From the NCBI GenBank assembly GCA_043750125.1, contig JAYVCD010000090.1, forward strand, positions 1 to 19,721: a stretch of 19,721 nt of DNA, written 5' to 3'. Shown one piece after another: positions 1 through 8,771 of this stretch. Every line of letters begins with the position of its first letter. The stretch's first letter is position 1. The notes beneath the pieces are model-generated. The model searched no databases. It was not told the DNA's origin and was given only the letters and a program-made list of their open reading frames with translations. Position numbers and translations under genes: made by a program. This DNA is from Archangiaceae bacterium (lineage in GTDB: Bacteria; Myxococcota; Myxococcia; Myxococcales; Myxococcaceae).

Positions 1-668
1 TCCTCGGCCGGGTGGACAGCCAGGTGAAGATTCGCGGTCTGCGCATCGAGCTGGGGGAAATCGTGACCACCCTCGAAGCGCATCCAGGCGTGCGCGAAGC
101 GGTGGTGATCGCCGATCGCGAAGGAATCGACCGGCGGCTCGTGGCGTATGTGGTCCCTGCGTCGAGTTTTCCACCGACGAGCTTTGAGCTGCGCGATCAC
201 CTGCGCCGGAAGCTTCCCGACTACATGATCCCCGCCGTCTTCGTGACGCTGCAGGCGCTTCCGTTGACCGCGGGCGGCAAGATCGACAGGCGGTCGCTGC
301 CTGCGCCCGACACGGATCGTCCCGATCTGGCCCAGCCGTTCGTCGCGCCGCGCACGGTCGCCGAAGATTGGGTGGCGAAAGTGTGGGTCGAAGTGCTCGG
401 CGTCGAGCGGGTCGGTGTGGACGACGACTTCTTCGAGCTGGGCGGTCACTCTTTGCGCGCAACCCAGCTCGTCTCCCGAATTCGCGAGCGGCTGCGGGTC
501 GAGCTGCCGCTGCGCAGCCTGTTTCAGCGCCCCACCGTGGCCGGAATCGTCGACGAGCTTGCCGCGCGCGCGGGCGGGAAGGACGCGCTCGAGGAAATCG
601 CACTTGCCGTCCGCGAAGTCGAAGGCCTGTCCGACGAAGAGGTCAGCAGGCTGCTCGAGCAAGGCTGA
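1..668 (+). CDS. NRPS, 3' end only (A-domain C-terminal subdomain, thiolation domain, C-terminal docking helix); 5'-truncated by window edge
   Basis: Frame is open from base 3. Motifs: A8 LGRVDSQVKIRGLRIELGEI, A9 LPDYMIP, A10 PLTAGGKIDR, PCP DDFFELGGHSL, acidic tail VEGLSDEEVSRLLEQG. Stop TGA at 666-668. Confidence 0.95.
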   Translation, partial: LGRVDSQVKIRGLRIELGEIVTTLEAHPGVREAVVIADREGIDRRLVAYVVPASSFPPTSFELRDHLRRKLPDYMIPAVFVTLQALPLTAGGKIDRRSLPAPDTDRPDLAQPFVAPRTVAEDWVAKVWVEVLGVERVGVDDDFFELGGHSLRATQLVSRIRERLRVELPLRSLFQRPTVAGIVDELAARAGGKDALEEIALAVREVEGLSDEEVSRLLEQG

Positions 669-676
669 CCTTTGCT

Positions 677-690
677 AAAGAGCGTCCATG
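677..690 (+). promoter_or_regulatory. Putative ribosome-binding site and original ATG of the methyltransferase (5' exon of the intron)
   Basis: AAAGAG (677-682), a 5-nt spacer, then ATG at 688-690. This lies 19 nt after the NRPS stop and directly before the intron 5' end GTGCG. Confidence 0.55.
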
Positions 691-861
691 GTGCGTCGTG
701 AAGACTCAGAGCCAGCGGGAGCGCGAGCGACCGAAAGGGCGCAGTCACGCTGCACTTCACCAGCGGGCGAAAATCCCGTCCGGGTAATCGCCGGAGAGCC
801 CGGTAGCAGGCCACCACCTGAAGCAGAGATGCCGACTGGTGAAGCGTGGCGTCAAGAGCCG

Positions 862-1411
862 CTGGCTGAGGTCGAGGTGTACGGCGTGGAACGCATGCTC
901 ACCGAGGTGCAGGAAGCGCTGAAGGAAGGACGGTACCGGGCACCTGCTGTGCTGCGCCGGTACATCTCGAAGGCAGATGGGAAGAAGCGCCCGCTGGGCA
1001 TTCCGACGGTGCGGGACAGGGTGGTGCAAGCGGCGGTGAAGCTGATTCTGGAGCCGGTATTCGAAGCGGACTTCAAAGAGTCCTCTTATGGATTCCGGCG
1101 CGAAGCGCAGCGCCACGGGCGCGCTGGAGAAACTGCGGGTAGAAGGCGCGCGAGGCGGAAACCACGTCCTCGACGCCGACATCCGCGATTACTTCGGCAG
1201 CATCAACCACGACCCGTTGCTGAAGTTGGTGGCGCGACGAGTCGTAGACCGAAAGGTGCTGAAGCTGGTGCGGCCGTGGCTGCGTGCGGGTGTGCTGGAC
1301 GACGGAAAGCTGACGACACCGACGGTGGGTACGCCACAGGGTGGAGTCATCTTCGAGCACCACGGACTTGTCCGACTCAAAGGCCAAATCCACTATCCGG
1401 AGGCTGTGTAA
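862..1411 (+). pseudogene. ltrA: Group II intron reverse transcriptase/maturase remnant (frameshift and deletions; no YADD)
   Basis: First frame: [60 protein letters not shown]. Frameshift at about 1099-1102. Second frame: KRSA...[15 protein letters not shown]...GTPQGGVI, joined directly to a C-terminal-like [21 protein letters not shown]5-7, the X domain and the N-terminus are absent. Confidence 0.92.
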
Positions 1412-1436
1412 TGCGACCAACCGAAACTCCACCGGT

Positions 1437-1530
1437 AAGCCGTATGCGGGAAATCCGCACGTACGGTTTGAACGGGGGTCTTGCCTCAAACTTCAGGTCT
1501 TTCAACCCGCTGTAAGAGGCAAGATCTACC
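1437..1530 (+). ncRNA. Group II intron catalytic domains V and VI
   Basis: DV is AAGCCGTATGCGGGAAATCCGCACGTACGGTTT, with the AGC triad at 1438-1440, a GAAA loop and the AC bulge. The DVI stem GGGGGTCTTGCCTC (1474-1487) pairs with GAGGCAAGATCT-A-CC (1516-1530), leaving A1528 unpaired. Confidence 0.93.
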
Positions 1531-1531
1531 C

Positions 1532-2464
1532 ATGCCGCTTCAAGCCCTGCTCGAATGGAACACGCTGGTCGGTGAGATTTACGGAACAGAAGACAAGTCA
1601 CTCTTCTATTACTCGCTGGTCAAGATGCAGAAGCCCGAGAACATTCTCGAGCTGGGCACCGGGCTTGGAGTGTCCGCCTTCTGGATGGCTCAGGCGGTCA
1701 AAGAGAACCGCGTCGGTCACGTCTTTACCGTCGACAACGGTGAGCAGTGGAACGACGCGGTCGAGCTCTACGGGGTCAAGACCAAGAGCGCGCTGGCGTA
1801 CTTCGAGCGGCTGAAAGCCAACCCGCGTTTTGTCCCGGTTTTCTTTTCGGCCCCGGACCAGCCGGCCGACTACTTCAGCGCGATGGACCGCGCGACGGCG
1901 CTGTTGGGGATCACCGAGCAACTCACGCTGCTGAAGGGCTCGGTGTCGCTGCTCGACACCAAAGAAGTGACCGCGCAAACCGAGCCGCTGCTTGCGCCTG
2001 TCCTCAGCCGGCCGATCGACTTGTTGTTTGCCGACATCTACCACGGCCCCTGGGCCTGCCTGTCGTTGCTCGCGAAGTACCTGCCGTTGATGGCCGAATA
2101 CGGGTCCATCTTCATCGATTCGGCACCGACCCAGCTCGTCGCCTACCTGGCGCTCGAGCAGGTGATCGGGCAGCTCAATGCTGGCAAGGTTCCGGCGTTT
2201 TTCAACGCGGGCACCACCGAAGCGCAGCAGGCGCGCCTGGTGAAGTTGATTGCGTCGCGGCGCTTCACGCTGGTTCCGCTGGTCGAGAAGAAGAACCGCG
2301 ACCAGAACGGGTTCGCCTGGATCCGGATCGAGCCGGTCAACATCTTGCCGTACCCGTTGAGCGCGATGCGGGGGCTCGCAGAAGACCAGCCGCGACTGAG
2401 CGTTCCGGGGCACGCGATCGAAACCGCGATGCGCACCGGCCTCGCCGGGCCGATGATCAAATAA
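1532..2464 (+). CDS. Class I SAM-dependent methyltransferase (Methyltransf_24-like), probable NRPS tailoring enzyme
   Basis: SAM motif I ILELGTGLGVS, then VFTVDN and DLLFADIYHG. Start placed at ATG 1532 because the upstream ORF extension lies within intron domain VI. Confidence 0.82.
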   Translation: MPLQALLEWNTLVGEIYGTEDKSLFYYSLVKMQKPENILELGTGLGVSAFWMAQAVKENRVGHVFTVDNGEQWNDAVELYGVKTKSALAYFERLKANPRFVPVFFSAPDQPADYFSAMDRATALLGITEQLTLLKGSVSLLDTKEVTAQTEPLLAPVLSRPIDLLFADIYHGPWACLSLLAKYLPLMAEYGSIFIDSAPTQLVAYLALEQVIGQLNAGKVPAFFNAGTTEAQQARLVKLIASRRFTLVPLVEKKNRDQNGFAWIRIEPVNILPYPLSAMRGLAEDQPRLSVPGHAIETAMRTGLAGPMIK

Positions 2465-2507
2465 CCGCTCGGCGGGACGAGGTCGGCCGCTGTTAGGCTG
2501 GCCGCTC

Positions 2508-4112
2508 TTGGTCCGACTTCTATTCAAGACTTCCGGGCGGCTAATCGTATTGGCAGCGTTGGCGTCGGTCGTCGCGGGCGCCAGCACCACCTTGTTGATT
2601 GCGACCATCAACGGCACGCTGCGCAGTCAACAGGGGCCCAATTGGTTTGTCTTTCTGGGGCTGTGCCTGACGATGTTCGTGATGGAAATGGTCAGCCGCG
2701 TGCTGCTCATTCGGCTCTCGCAGCGGTGCCTGTTTCAGATGAGAACCCACCTGTCTGAGCAGCTGCTCGCAGCCCCTTTGAGCAAGCTCGAAGAGGTCGG
2801 GCCGAACCATGTTTTTTATCTGCTCGGCAGCAGCATCAACGAGATCCTCACTGCGATCATGAATTTCCCCGCGGTGCTCACCCATGCAGCGGTGATCCTC
2901 GGGGGCCTGGTTTACGTCTTCGTGCTCTGGCCTCCGGCGGGATTCGTGATTGTCGTGACTGGGGTAGGGGCGGTGACCATTTCTCGTCGGCTTCACCGCC
3001 GGGGGCTGCGAGACCTGTTCAGCCACAGCCACCAGGAACAAGAGGTGTTCAATCTTTTCCGCGGGATGGTCGACGGCGCCAAAGAGCTGAAGCTGCACCG
3101 GGCGCGGCGGGACGAATTTCGTGACCTTCTGGCCAATGTGATGAACGCGCTGCGTCTGGGGCAGACCCGGTCGATGAGCATTCTGGCCACCTCGCAGGCC
3201 TGGGGCGGGTCGTTCGTTTTCTTCATGCTCGGGTTTGGCCTGTACGCGCTGCCCAAGGTCTCGGATACGGGCTGGGGCGTGCTGGGCGGCTATGTGCTCG
3301 CCTGCCTCTTCCTCGCGCCGTCCACGGGCATCGTGCTCAACGGGCTTTCGATGATCACCCGGGCGGGCCTGGCAATTCAGAAGCTCGAAAACCTGGGCCT
3401 CTCGCTTCCCAGGGAATCAGCTTCGAATGGCGAAGCGTTGATCGCGCCCTGGAAAAAGATTGATCTGGCGCAAGTCACCTACACCTACGGTCTGAAAGGT
3501 GAGTCGGCCTTCACGCTCGGCCCGCTCGAGCTGTCTTTGAACCGGGGCGAAGTGCTCTTCCTGATTGGCGGCAACGGAAGTGGAAAGTCGACCCTCGCCA
3601 AGTTGCTCACCGGTCTCTACGTGCCGAGCTCCGGAGTGCTTCGCGTCGATGGAAAGCCGATCCTCGACGCAAACCGTGAAGAGTACCGACAGCTGTTCTC
3701 GGCCGTGTTTTCAGATTTCTACCTCTTCGATCGTCTGCTGGGCTCGGTAAATCCGGGACTCGACGCGGCGGCAGCTGACTATCTGGCGCGACTCGAGCTG
3801 ACTGCGAAGGTGACAGTCCAGGGCGGCCGATTCAGCACCCTGGCCCTTTCCCAGGGTCAGCGGAAGCGGCTCGCGTTGCTCTGCGCATTTCTGGAAAACC
3901 GCGACATCTACCTGTTCGATGAGTGGGCCGCCGACCAGGACCCCGAGTTCAAGAAGATCTTCTATCTGGGTCTGATCCCCGATCTGAAGAAGCTGGGAAA
4001 GACGGTGGTGGTGATCACCCACGACGATCGCTACTTCGCTTGCTGCGACCGGATCATCAAGCTCGAAAGCGGGCATTCCACCAGCTACGCCGCAGCGGCG
4101 ACCTCGGTATAA
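2508..4112 (+). CDS. Cyclic peptide export ABC transporter (PvdE/SyrD/YojI family; fused TMD and NBD)
   Basis: About 6 hydrophobic segments, family motif GAKELKLH, Walker A GGNGSGKST, signature LSQGQRKRLAL, Walker B region YLFDEWAADQDPEF, H-loop ITHD. The TTG start is uncertain. Confidence 0.93.
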   Translation: MVRLLFKTSGRLIVLAALASVVAGASTTLLIATINGTLRSQQGPNWFVFLGLCLTMFVMEMVSRVLLIRLSQRCLFQMRTHLSEQLLAAPLSKLEEVGPNHVFYLLGSSINEILTAIMNFPAVLTHAAVILGGLVYVFVLWPPAGFVIVVTGVGAVTISRRLHRRGLRDLFSHSHQEQEVFNLFRGMVDGAKELKLHRARRDEFRDLLANVMNALRLGQTRSMSILATSQAWGGSFVFFMLGFGLYALPKVSDTGWGVLGGYVLACLFLAPSTGIVLNGLSMITRAGLAIQKLENLGLSLPRESASNGEALIAPWKKIDLAQVTYTYGLKGESAFTLGPLELSLNRGEVLFLIGGNGSGKSTLAKLLTGLYVPSSGVLRVDGKPILDANREEYRQLFSAVFSDFYLFDRLLGSVNPGLDAAAADYLARLELTAKVTVQGGRFSTLALSQGQRKRLALLCAFLENRDIYLFDEWAADQDPEFKKIFYLGLIPDLKKLGKTVVVITHDDRYFACCDRIIKLESGHSTSYAAAATSV

Positions 4113-4123
4113 ACTCAAGGGAA

Positions 4124-7100
4124 ATGGGCAACGGCAGTCACTCGTTCGAGCGCGCAGCACTGCTCGACAAGATGTTGAAGAGAAAGGGAAGCATCGTCTC
4201 TGCGCGACCGCCCCTGTCACCGCGAGAACCGGGACTGCACTCGCCGTTGTCCTTTGCGCAGCAGCGAATCTGGTTCTTCGAGCAGCTCGAGCCCGGAACT
4301 GCGATTTACCACCTGCCCAGCCTCGACCGATTGCGGGGCGCTCTCGACCTGGTGATCCTCGAACGCAGCCTCAATGAGATTGTTCGCCGACATGAAGGTT
4401 TGCGGACCACGTTTCCTTCCGTCGACGGACAGCCGGTGCAGTGGGTCTCGGCGCCCTCGGCGATCCCCTTCACGGTCCTCGATCTCTCGAGCTTGCCGGC
4501 CGAGCGACGCGATCGCGCAGCGAAGGATGCAGTCACTGAGGAAAACCGACGCCCTTTCGACCTCTCGCGAGGGCCTTTGCTGCGGGCGACCGTGTTGCGC
4601 CTGGCTGCAGACGATCACCTGCTGTTGCTCGTCGTCCACCACATCGTGTTCGACGGCTGGTCGTCCGGCATTCTGTGGAACGAGCTCACCGCGCTCTACA
4701 CCGCGTTCTCGCAAGGACAGAGCTCACCGCTGCCCGAGCTCGCGATTCAGTACCCGGACTTCGCGACGTGGCAGCGAAGTTGGTTGGTCGGCAAGCCCCT
4801 CGAGGGGCAGCTGGGGTACTGGAAAGAGCGGCTCGCAGGCGCACTGCCCCGACTCGAAGTGCCTTCGGATCTTCCGCGGCCGGCGACGCCTTCGTATCGA
4901 GGCGGGTCCGCCGAGCGCGTTCTGTCTGGGTCGGTCTTTCAGGGGCTGCAGCTGCTGAGTCGGGGCGAGGGCGCGACCCAGTTCATGGTGATGCTCGCGG
5001 CCTTCGAGCTGCTGCTCCACCGCCACACGGGCCAGGAAGATCTGGTGATCGGGGCCCCGGTCGCCAATCGCAACCAGCGGGAAATCGAGCCGGTGATTGG
5101 GTTCTTCGTCAACACCCTGGTGCTGCGAACAGATCTCTCGGGCAACCCCACCTTCCGTGAGCTGCTCAGTCGAGTGCGCGGGGCCTCGCTGGGCGGCTAC
5201 GACCACCAGGACCTCCCGTTCGACAAGCTGGTCGAAGAGCTCAACCCCGATCGCACCCCCGGTGAGAACCCGCTGGTCGATGTGTTGGTGAACCACTACG
5301 TCAACGATGCGCAGGGCGTTGCGTTCGCGGGCATCACCCGACTGCCGCAGCCTCCGCCCGACGAAGAATCGAAGTTCAAGCTCAGTGTGCATCTGCTGCT
5401 CGAGGGGGACCAACTGAGGGTGGTCTGGGTCTATCGGGAGGACATTTTCTCTGCGACGCAGATCGATGTGCTGATGGATCAGTACGTTCACCTCGTCGAG
5501 CAGGCCGTGCAGGACCCCGGGAAATTGATTGGGGACTACAGCCTGGTGACCCCCTCGGCGCGGGCGGTGCTGCCTGACCCGACCCAAGCCTTCGATGAGC
5601 CACGGCACGAACCGATTCCGGCGCAGGTCGCAGCTGTTGCCGCGCGGTACCCCGACGTGCCTGCGCTTCGCTTCGGCGGAAAGGAGCTCAGCTACGCCCA
5701 GTTTGCCCAGCGCATTGATCAGCTGGCGCATGCACTGCTCGCGCGCGGTGCGTCGCGCGGTGGGACCGTGGCGATCCTCGGGCCGCGCAGTGCGGGCCAG
5801 GTCATTGCGATGGCCGCGGTGCTGCGCGCGGGTGGAGTGCTGCTCACCGTCGACCCGAAGTACCCGCCCGAACGGCAAAGCCTGATGCTGCGCGAAGCGG
5901 TCGCGACCCATGTCGTGTACGTGGGAAACCGGCGCCCCGAAGACGCCTGGCTCGATCAGAGCAAGCTGCCGGTGCTCGAGCTCGAGCTCGAAGGAACGGT
6001 CGGCCCAGGTGAGGACCTGACCCTCGCTGGAAAACCACTGCCCGACCTTTCCCCCGACGACTCGGCCTATGTGTTTTTTACCTCGGGGACGACAGGCGTG
6101 CCCAAGGCGGTTCGCGGCCTGCACAAGGGCCTGTCCCACTTCGTCGATTGGCAGCGCGAGACCTTCGCGATCGGGCCCGGAGATCGTTCCGCGCAGCTGA
6201 CCGGGCTGTCTTTCGACGTGCTCCTGCGCGACGTTTTCACCCCCCTGGCCAGTGGCGCGACTCTGTGCCTGCCCGAAGAAGAGGAGCTGAGCCCCGAAAC
6301 GCTGGGCTGGCTCGACCGCGAGGGAATCACGCTGCTGCACAGCGTCCCTTCGCTGCTGCAGTCCTGGCTGACTTCGCCCGCTCACACAGTGACTCTCGCC
6401 CGGCTGCGGTGGATCTTCTCAGCCGGCGAGCCGCTGACCCAGACGCTCGTTCGACGCTGGCGGAAGGCCTTTCCTGGCCCGGGGGGCATCGCCAACTTCT
6501 ACGGTCCAACCGAGACTTCGCTTGCGAAATTCTGCTACCGCGTTCCGAACGATCCCTTGCCCGGCGCGCAGCCGGTGGGCCGACCCCTTCCCCAGACTCA
6601 AGGGTTGGTCTTGAACCGCGCCGGTCAGCTGTGCGGAGTGGGCGAGCCGGGAGACGTTGCGATTCGAACTCCTTTCCGCACTGCCGGATACGCCAACTCG
6701 CTCGAAGAGACGCGCCGGCGATTCGTGCAGAACCCCTTTCGTTCCCAACTGGGCGACTTGCTGTATCTGACCGGTGATCGCGGGCGTTACCGTCCTGACG
6801 GGTTGCTCGAGCTGCTGGGGCGCAATGACGATCAGGTGAAAATCCGCGGCATTCGCATCGAGCCCGCAGAGCTCGAGGCCGCGTTGCTGGGTCACCCGGA
6901 CGTTCGGGCCGCAGCGGTGGTCGCCCGAGAAGACAGCCCGGGCGACAAACGCCTGGTCGCGTACCTGGTCCCCGCTGAAGGAGCCGGCGTTTCGCTGACC
7001 GAGGTCCGCGCGTTCCTGTCCCAACGGTTGCCCGAGCACTTGGTTCCTTCGGCGATCGTCGTGATCTCCGCGCTGCCGTTGACCCCTAACGGGAAGCTCG

Positions 7101-8737
7101 ATCGAAAGGCGTTGCCCGCGCCGAGCGCTGCCCCGGCCGCCTCAGCGCTCGACCGTTCGCCGCGCACTGAGGACGAAGAGGTATTGGTGGCGCTGTGGGC
7201 CCAGGTGCTCGACGCAACCGAAGTGGGCGTGCACGACAGCTTCTTCGCACTCGGCGGTCATTCGCTGCTCGCGATCCGAATGGTCGCCCGCATTCGCGAA
7301 ATCTTCCGGGTGAACTTCGGGGTGCGCGACCTGTTTGCCGCTCCCACCGTGGCTGGAGTCGCCCGGCGGATGAAAGTGCTCGGCCGCCTGGGTCGAGGAG
7401 AGCAACCGCCCCTCGCGATTCGACCCCCGGGCGAGTTGTTGCGTGCGTCTTTCTCGCAAGAGACCACCTGGCGCAACGTTCAGCTGTCGCCCACTTCCCC
7501 CCACTTCAATTGTCTGCTGGCCTGGAGGTTCCGGGGACCGCTGGACGTGGCGGTGCTCGAGCGGAGCATCAACGAGATCATCAGGCGCCACGACTCCCTT
7601 CGAACGACCTTCGAATGTGTCGGCGAGGCTTTGATGGCCCGCATTGCGCCGCACCTGGGTTGCTCGTTGCCCGTGGTCGACCTGGAATCGCGGGCGGACG
7701 GCGAGGCGACTTTCCAACGGCTCGTGACCGAAGACTGCCAACGCCTGTTCGACCTGCCGTCGCGCGCGCCCCCCTACCGTTCGACCCTTTATCGGCTCGC
7801 TGGGGACCACCATCTGTTCACCGCGATCTTCCACCACATCATCTGTGATGGATCCTCGCTGGGGCTGTTCTCTGAAGAGCTGGGCGAGCTCTATCCGGCA
7901 TTCGCCGCCGGACGAGCTTCGCCGCTGTCCGAGCTGCCTTTTCAGTTCACCGACTTCGCTCACTGGCAACGAACCTACCTGGACGCCGCGGCGCTCGAGC
8001 TTCGCCTGACCGCGTGGCGAAAACGGCTGGCCGGTTGTCCCAATCTGAAGCTCCCGACCGACCGGCCCCGCCTGGCCACGGGTGCGCTGAGCGCTCGACA
8101 GCAATCATTTCGGCTCACCGACGAGCTTGCGCTGGGCCTCGAGGAAGTCAGCCTTCGCCAAGCGAGCACTCAGTTCATCACACTGCTGGCGGTGTTTGCC
8201 GTCCTGCTGCGCCACCTGACCCAGCAACAAGATCTCTTCATGGGCGCCTGGGCGAGCACCCGTCGCGCCGAGGTCGAGCGGGTCTTCGGAATGTTCATCA
8301 CCCTCTCGCCGCTGCGCATCGATGCTTCGGGCGACCCGACCTTTGCCGAACTGCTCGCTCGGGTCCGCGACACCGTGCTCGAAGCCAACGACGATCGCGA
8401 GGTGCCCACCTGGCAGGCGATTCCCTCCGGGCTCGAAACCTCACTCACTTTGAACAATGCCTTCGAAGGCGTTTCGCTCAACACCCGGTGGGGTCCAGAG
8501 CTCACCGCCGAGAAGGTGGTCCCCGACACGGGACACCGCGGGCTGCGCACCGACCTGCAATGGACGGCTGACTTCTCGGACGCCGGGACCCAGGTGTCGC
8601 TGGTGTACTCCTCGCTGTTCGACGAGGCGACGATCGCCCGTTGGCTCGGCCAGTATCGCGCGCTCGCAGCCCTGTGCTTTGCGCAGCCTGAAAGTCCGCT
8701 CTCGGTGCTCCTCGATCGGCTCACCGCTTCCCCATGA
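4124..8737 (+). CDS. NRPS, single module C-A-T-C (about 1537 aa), no TE or reductase
   Basis: C1: LSFAQQRIWF and HHIVFDGWS (about 4637). A domain: YVFFTSGTTGVPK, FYGPTE, YLTGD, GRNDDQVKIRG, PNGKLDR. PCP: FFALGGHSL (Ser at about 7262). C2: HHIICDGSS (about 7832). ATG 4124 follows AAGGGA, 11 nt after the ABC transporter stop. Confidence 0.95.
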   Translation: MGNGSHSFERAALLDKMLKRKGSIVSARPPLSPREPGLHSPLSFAQQRIWFFEQLEPGTAIYHLPSLDRLRGALDLVILERSLNEIVRRHEGLRTTFPSVDGQPVQWVSAPSAIPFTVLDLSSLPAERRDRAAKDAVTEENRRPFDLSRGPLLRATVLRLAADDHLLLLVVHHIVFDGWSSGILWNELTALYTAFSQGQSSPLPELAIQYPDFATWQRSWLVGKPLEGQLGYWKERLAGALPRLEVPSDLPRPATPSYRGGSAERVLSGSVFQGLQLLSRGEGATQFMVMLAAFELLLHRHTGQEDLVIGAPVANRNQREIEPVIGFFVNTLVLRTDLSGNPTFRELLSRVRGASLGGYDHQDLPFDKLVEELNPDRTPGENPLVDVLVNHYVNDAQGVAFAGITRLPQPPPDEESKFKLSVHLLLEGDQLRVVWVYREDIFSATQIDVLMDQYVHLVEQAVQDPGKLIGDYSLVTPSARAVLPDPTQAFDEPRHEPIPAQVAAVAARYPDVPALRFGGKELSYAQFAQRIDQLAHALLARGASRGGTVAILGPRSAGQVIAMAAVLRAGGVLLTVDPKYPPERQSLMLREAVATHVVYVGNRRPEDAWLDQSKLPVLELELEGTVGPGEDLTLAGKPLPDLSPDDSAYVFFTSGTTGVPKAVRGLHKGLSHFVDWQRETFAIGPGDRSAQLTGLSFDVLLRDVFTPLASGATLCLPEEEELSPETLGWLDREGITLLHSVPSLLQSWLTSPAHTVTLARLRWIFSAGEPLTQTLVRRWRKAFPGPGGIANFYGPTETSLAKFCYRVPNDPLPGAQPVGRPLPQTQGLVLNRAGQLCGVGEPGDVAIRTPFRTAGYANSLEETRRRFVQNPFRSQLGDLLYLTGDRGRYRPDGLLELLGRNDDQVKIRGIRIEPAELEAALLGHPDVRAAAVVAREDSPGDKRLVAYLVPAEGAGVSLTEVRAFLSQRLPEHLVPSAIVVISALPLTPNGKLDRKALPAPSAAPAASALDRSPRTEDEEVLVALWAQVLDATEVGVHDSFFALGGHSLLAIRMVARIREIFRVNFGVRDLFAAPTVAGVARRMKVLGRLGRGEQPPLAIRPPGELLRASFSQETTWRNVQLSPTSPHFNCLLAWRFRGPLDVAVLERSINEIIRRHDSLRTTFECVGEALMARIAPHLGCSLPVVDLESRADGEATFQRLVTEDCQRLFDLPSRAPPYRSTLYRLAGDHHLFTAIFHHIICDGSSLGLFSEELGELYPAFAAGRASPLSELPFQFTDFAHWQRTYLDAAALELRLTAWRKRLAGCPNLKLPTDRPRLATGALSARQQSFRLTDELALGLEEVSLRQASTQFITLLAVFAVLLRHLTQQQDLFMGAWASTRRAEVERVFGMFITLSPLRIDASGDPTFAELLARVRDTVLEANDDREVPTWQAIPSGLETSLTLNNAFEGVSLNTRWGPELTAEKVVPDTGHRGLRTDLQWTADFSDAGTQVSLVYSSLFDEATIARWLGQYRALAALCFAQPESPLSVLLDRLTASP

Positions 8738-8771
8738 GCACGGATCCCAATAGTCGGGGCAGGCGCTGCTG

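Larger units (their letters stand above)
691..1534 (+). mobile_element. Group II intron, internally deleted and degenerate
   Basis: 5' end GTGCG at 691 matches the GUGYG consensus. Domain I-like GCGGGCGAAAATCCCGT hairpin at about 762-780, RT remnant at 862-1411, domain V at 1437-1469, domain VI at 1474-1530 with bulged A1528. Only about 840 nt long. The 3' boundary is 1533 or 1534. Confidence 0.9.

Noticed and set aside
862-1411. RT as a retron, DGR or CRISPR-associated RT
   Set aside because: The motifs and flanking GTGCG, DV and DVI structures are those of a group II intron. No msr/msd, template/variable repeat or CRISPR array was seen.
688-1515. 275-aa ORF as a functional reverse transcriptase
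   Set aside because: It is a chimera of the exon ATG, intron RNA sequence, an RT fragment and out-of-frame tail. There is no YADD motif.
1481-1531. N-terminal extension of the methyltransferase ORF
   Set aside because: It lies within intron domain VI. ATG 1532 is the better start.
3923-4123. Upstream extension of the NRPS ORF
   Set aside because: It overlaps the ABC transporter's conserved NBD in another frame. ATG 4124 has an RBS and a docking-like N-terminus.
4724-6385. 553-aa antisense ORF (also 1598-2617 and 7142-8104)
   Set aside because: Shadow ORFs opposite well-supported genes, expected in high-GC DNA, with no recognisable motifs.
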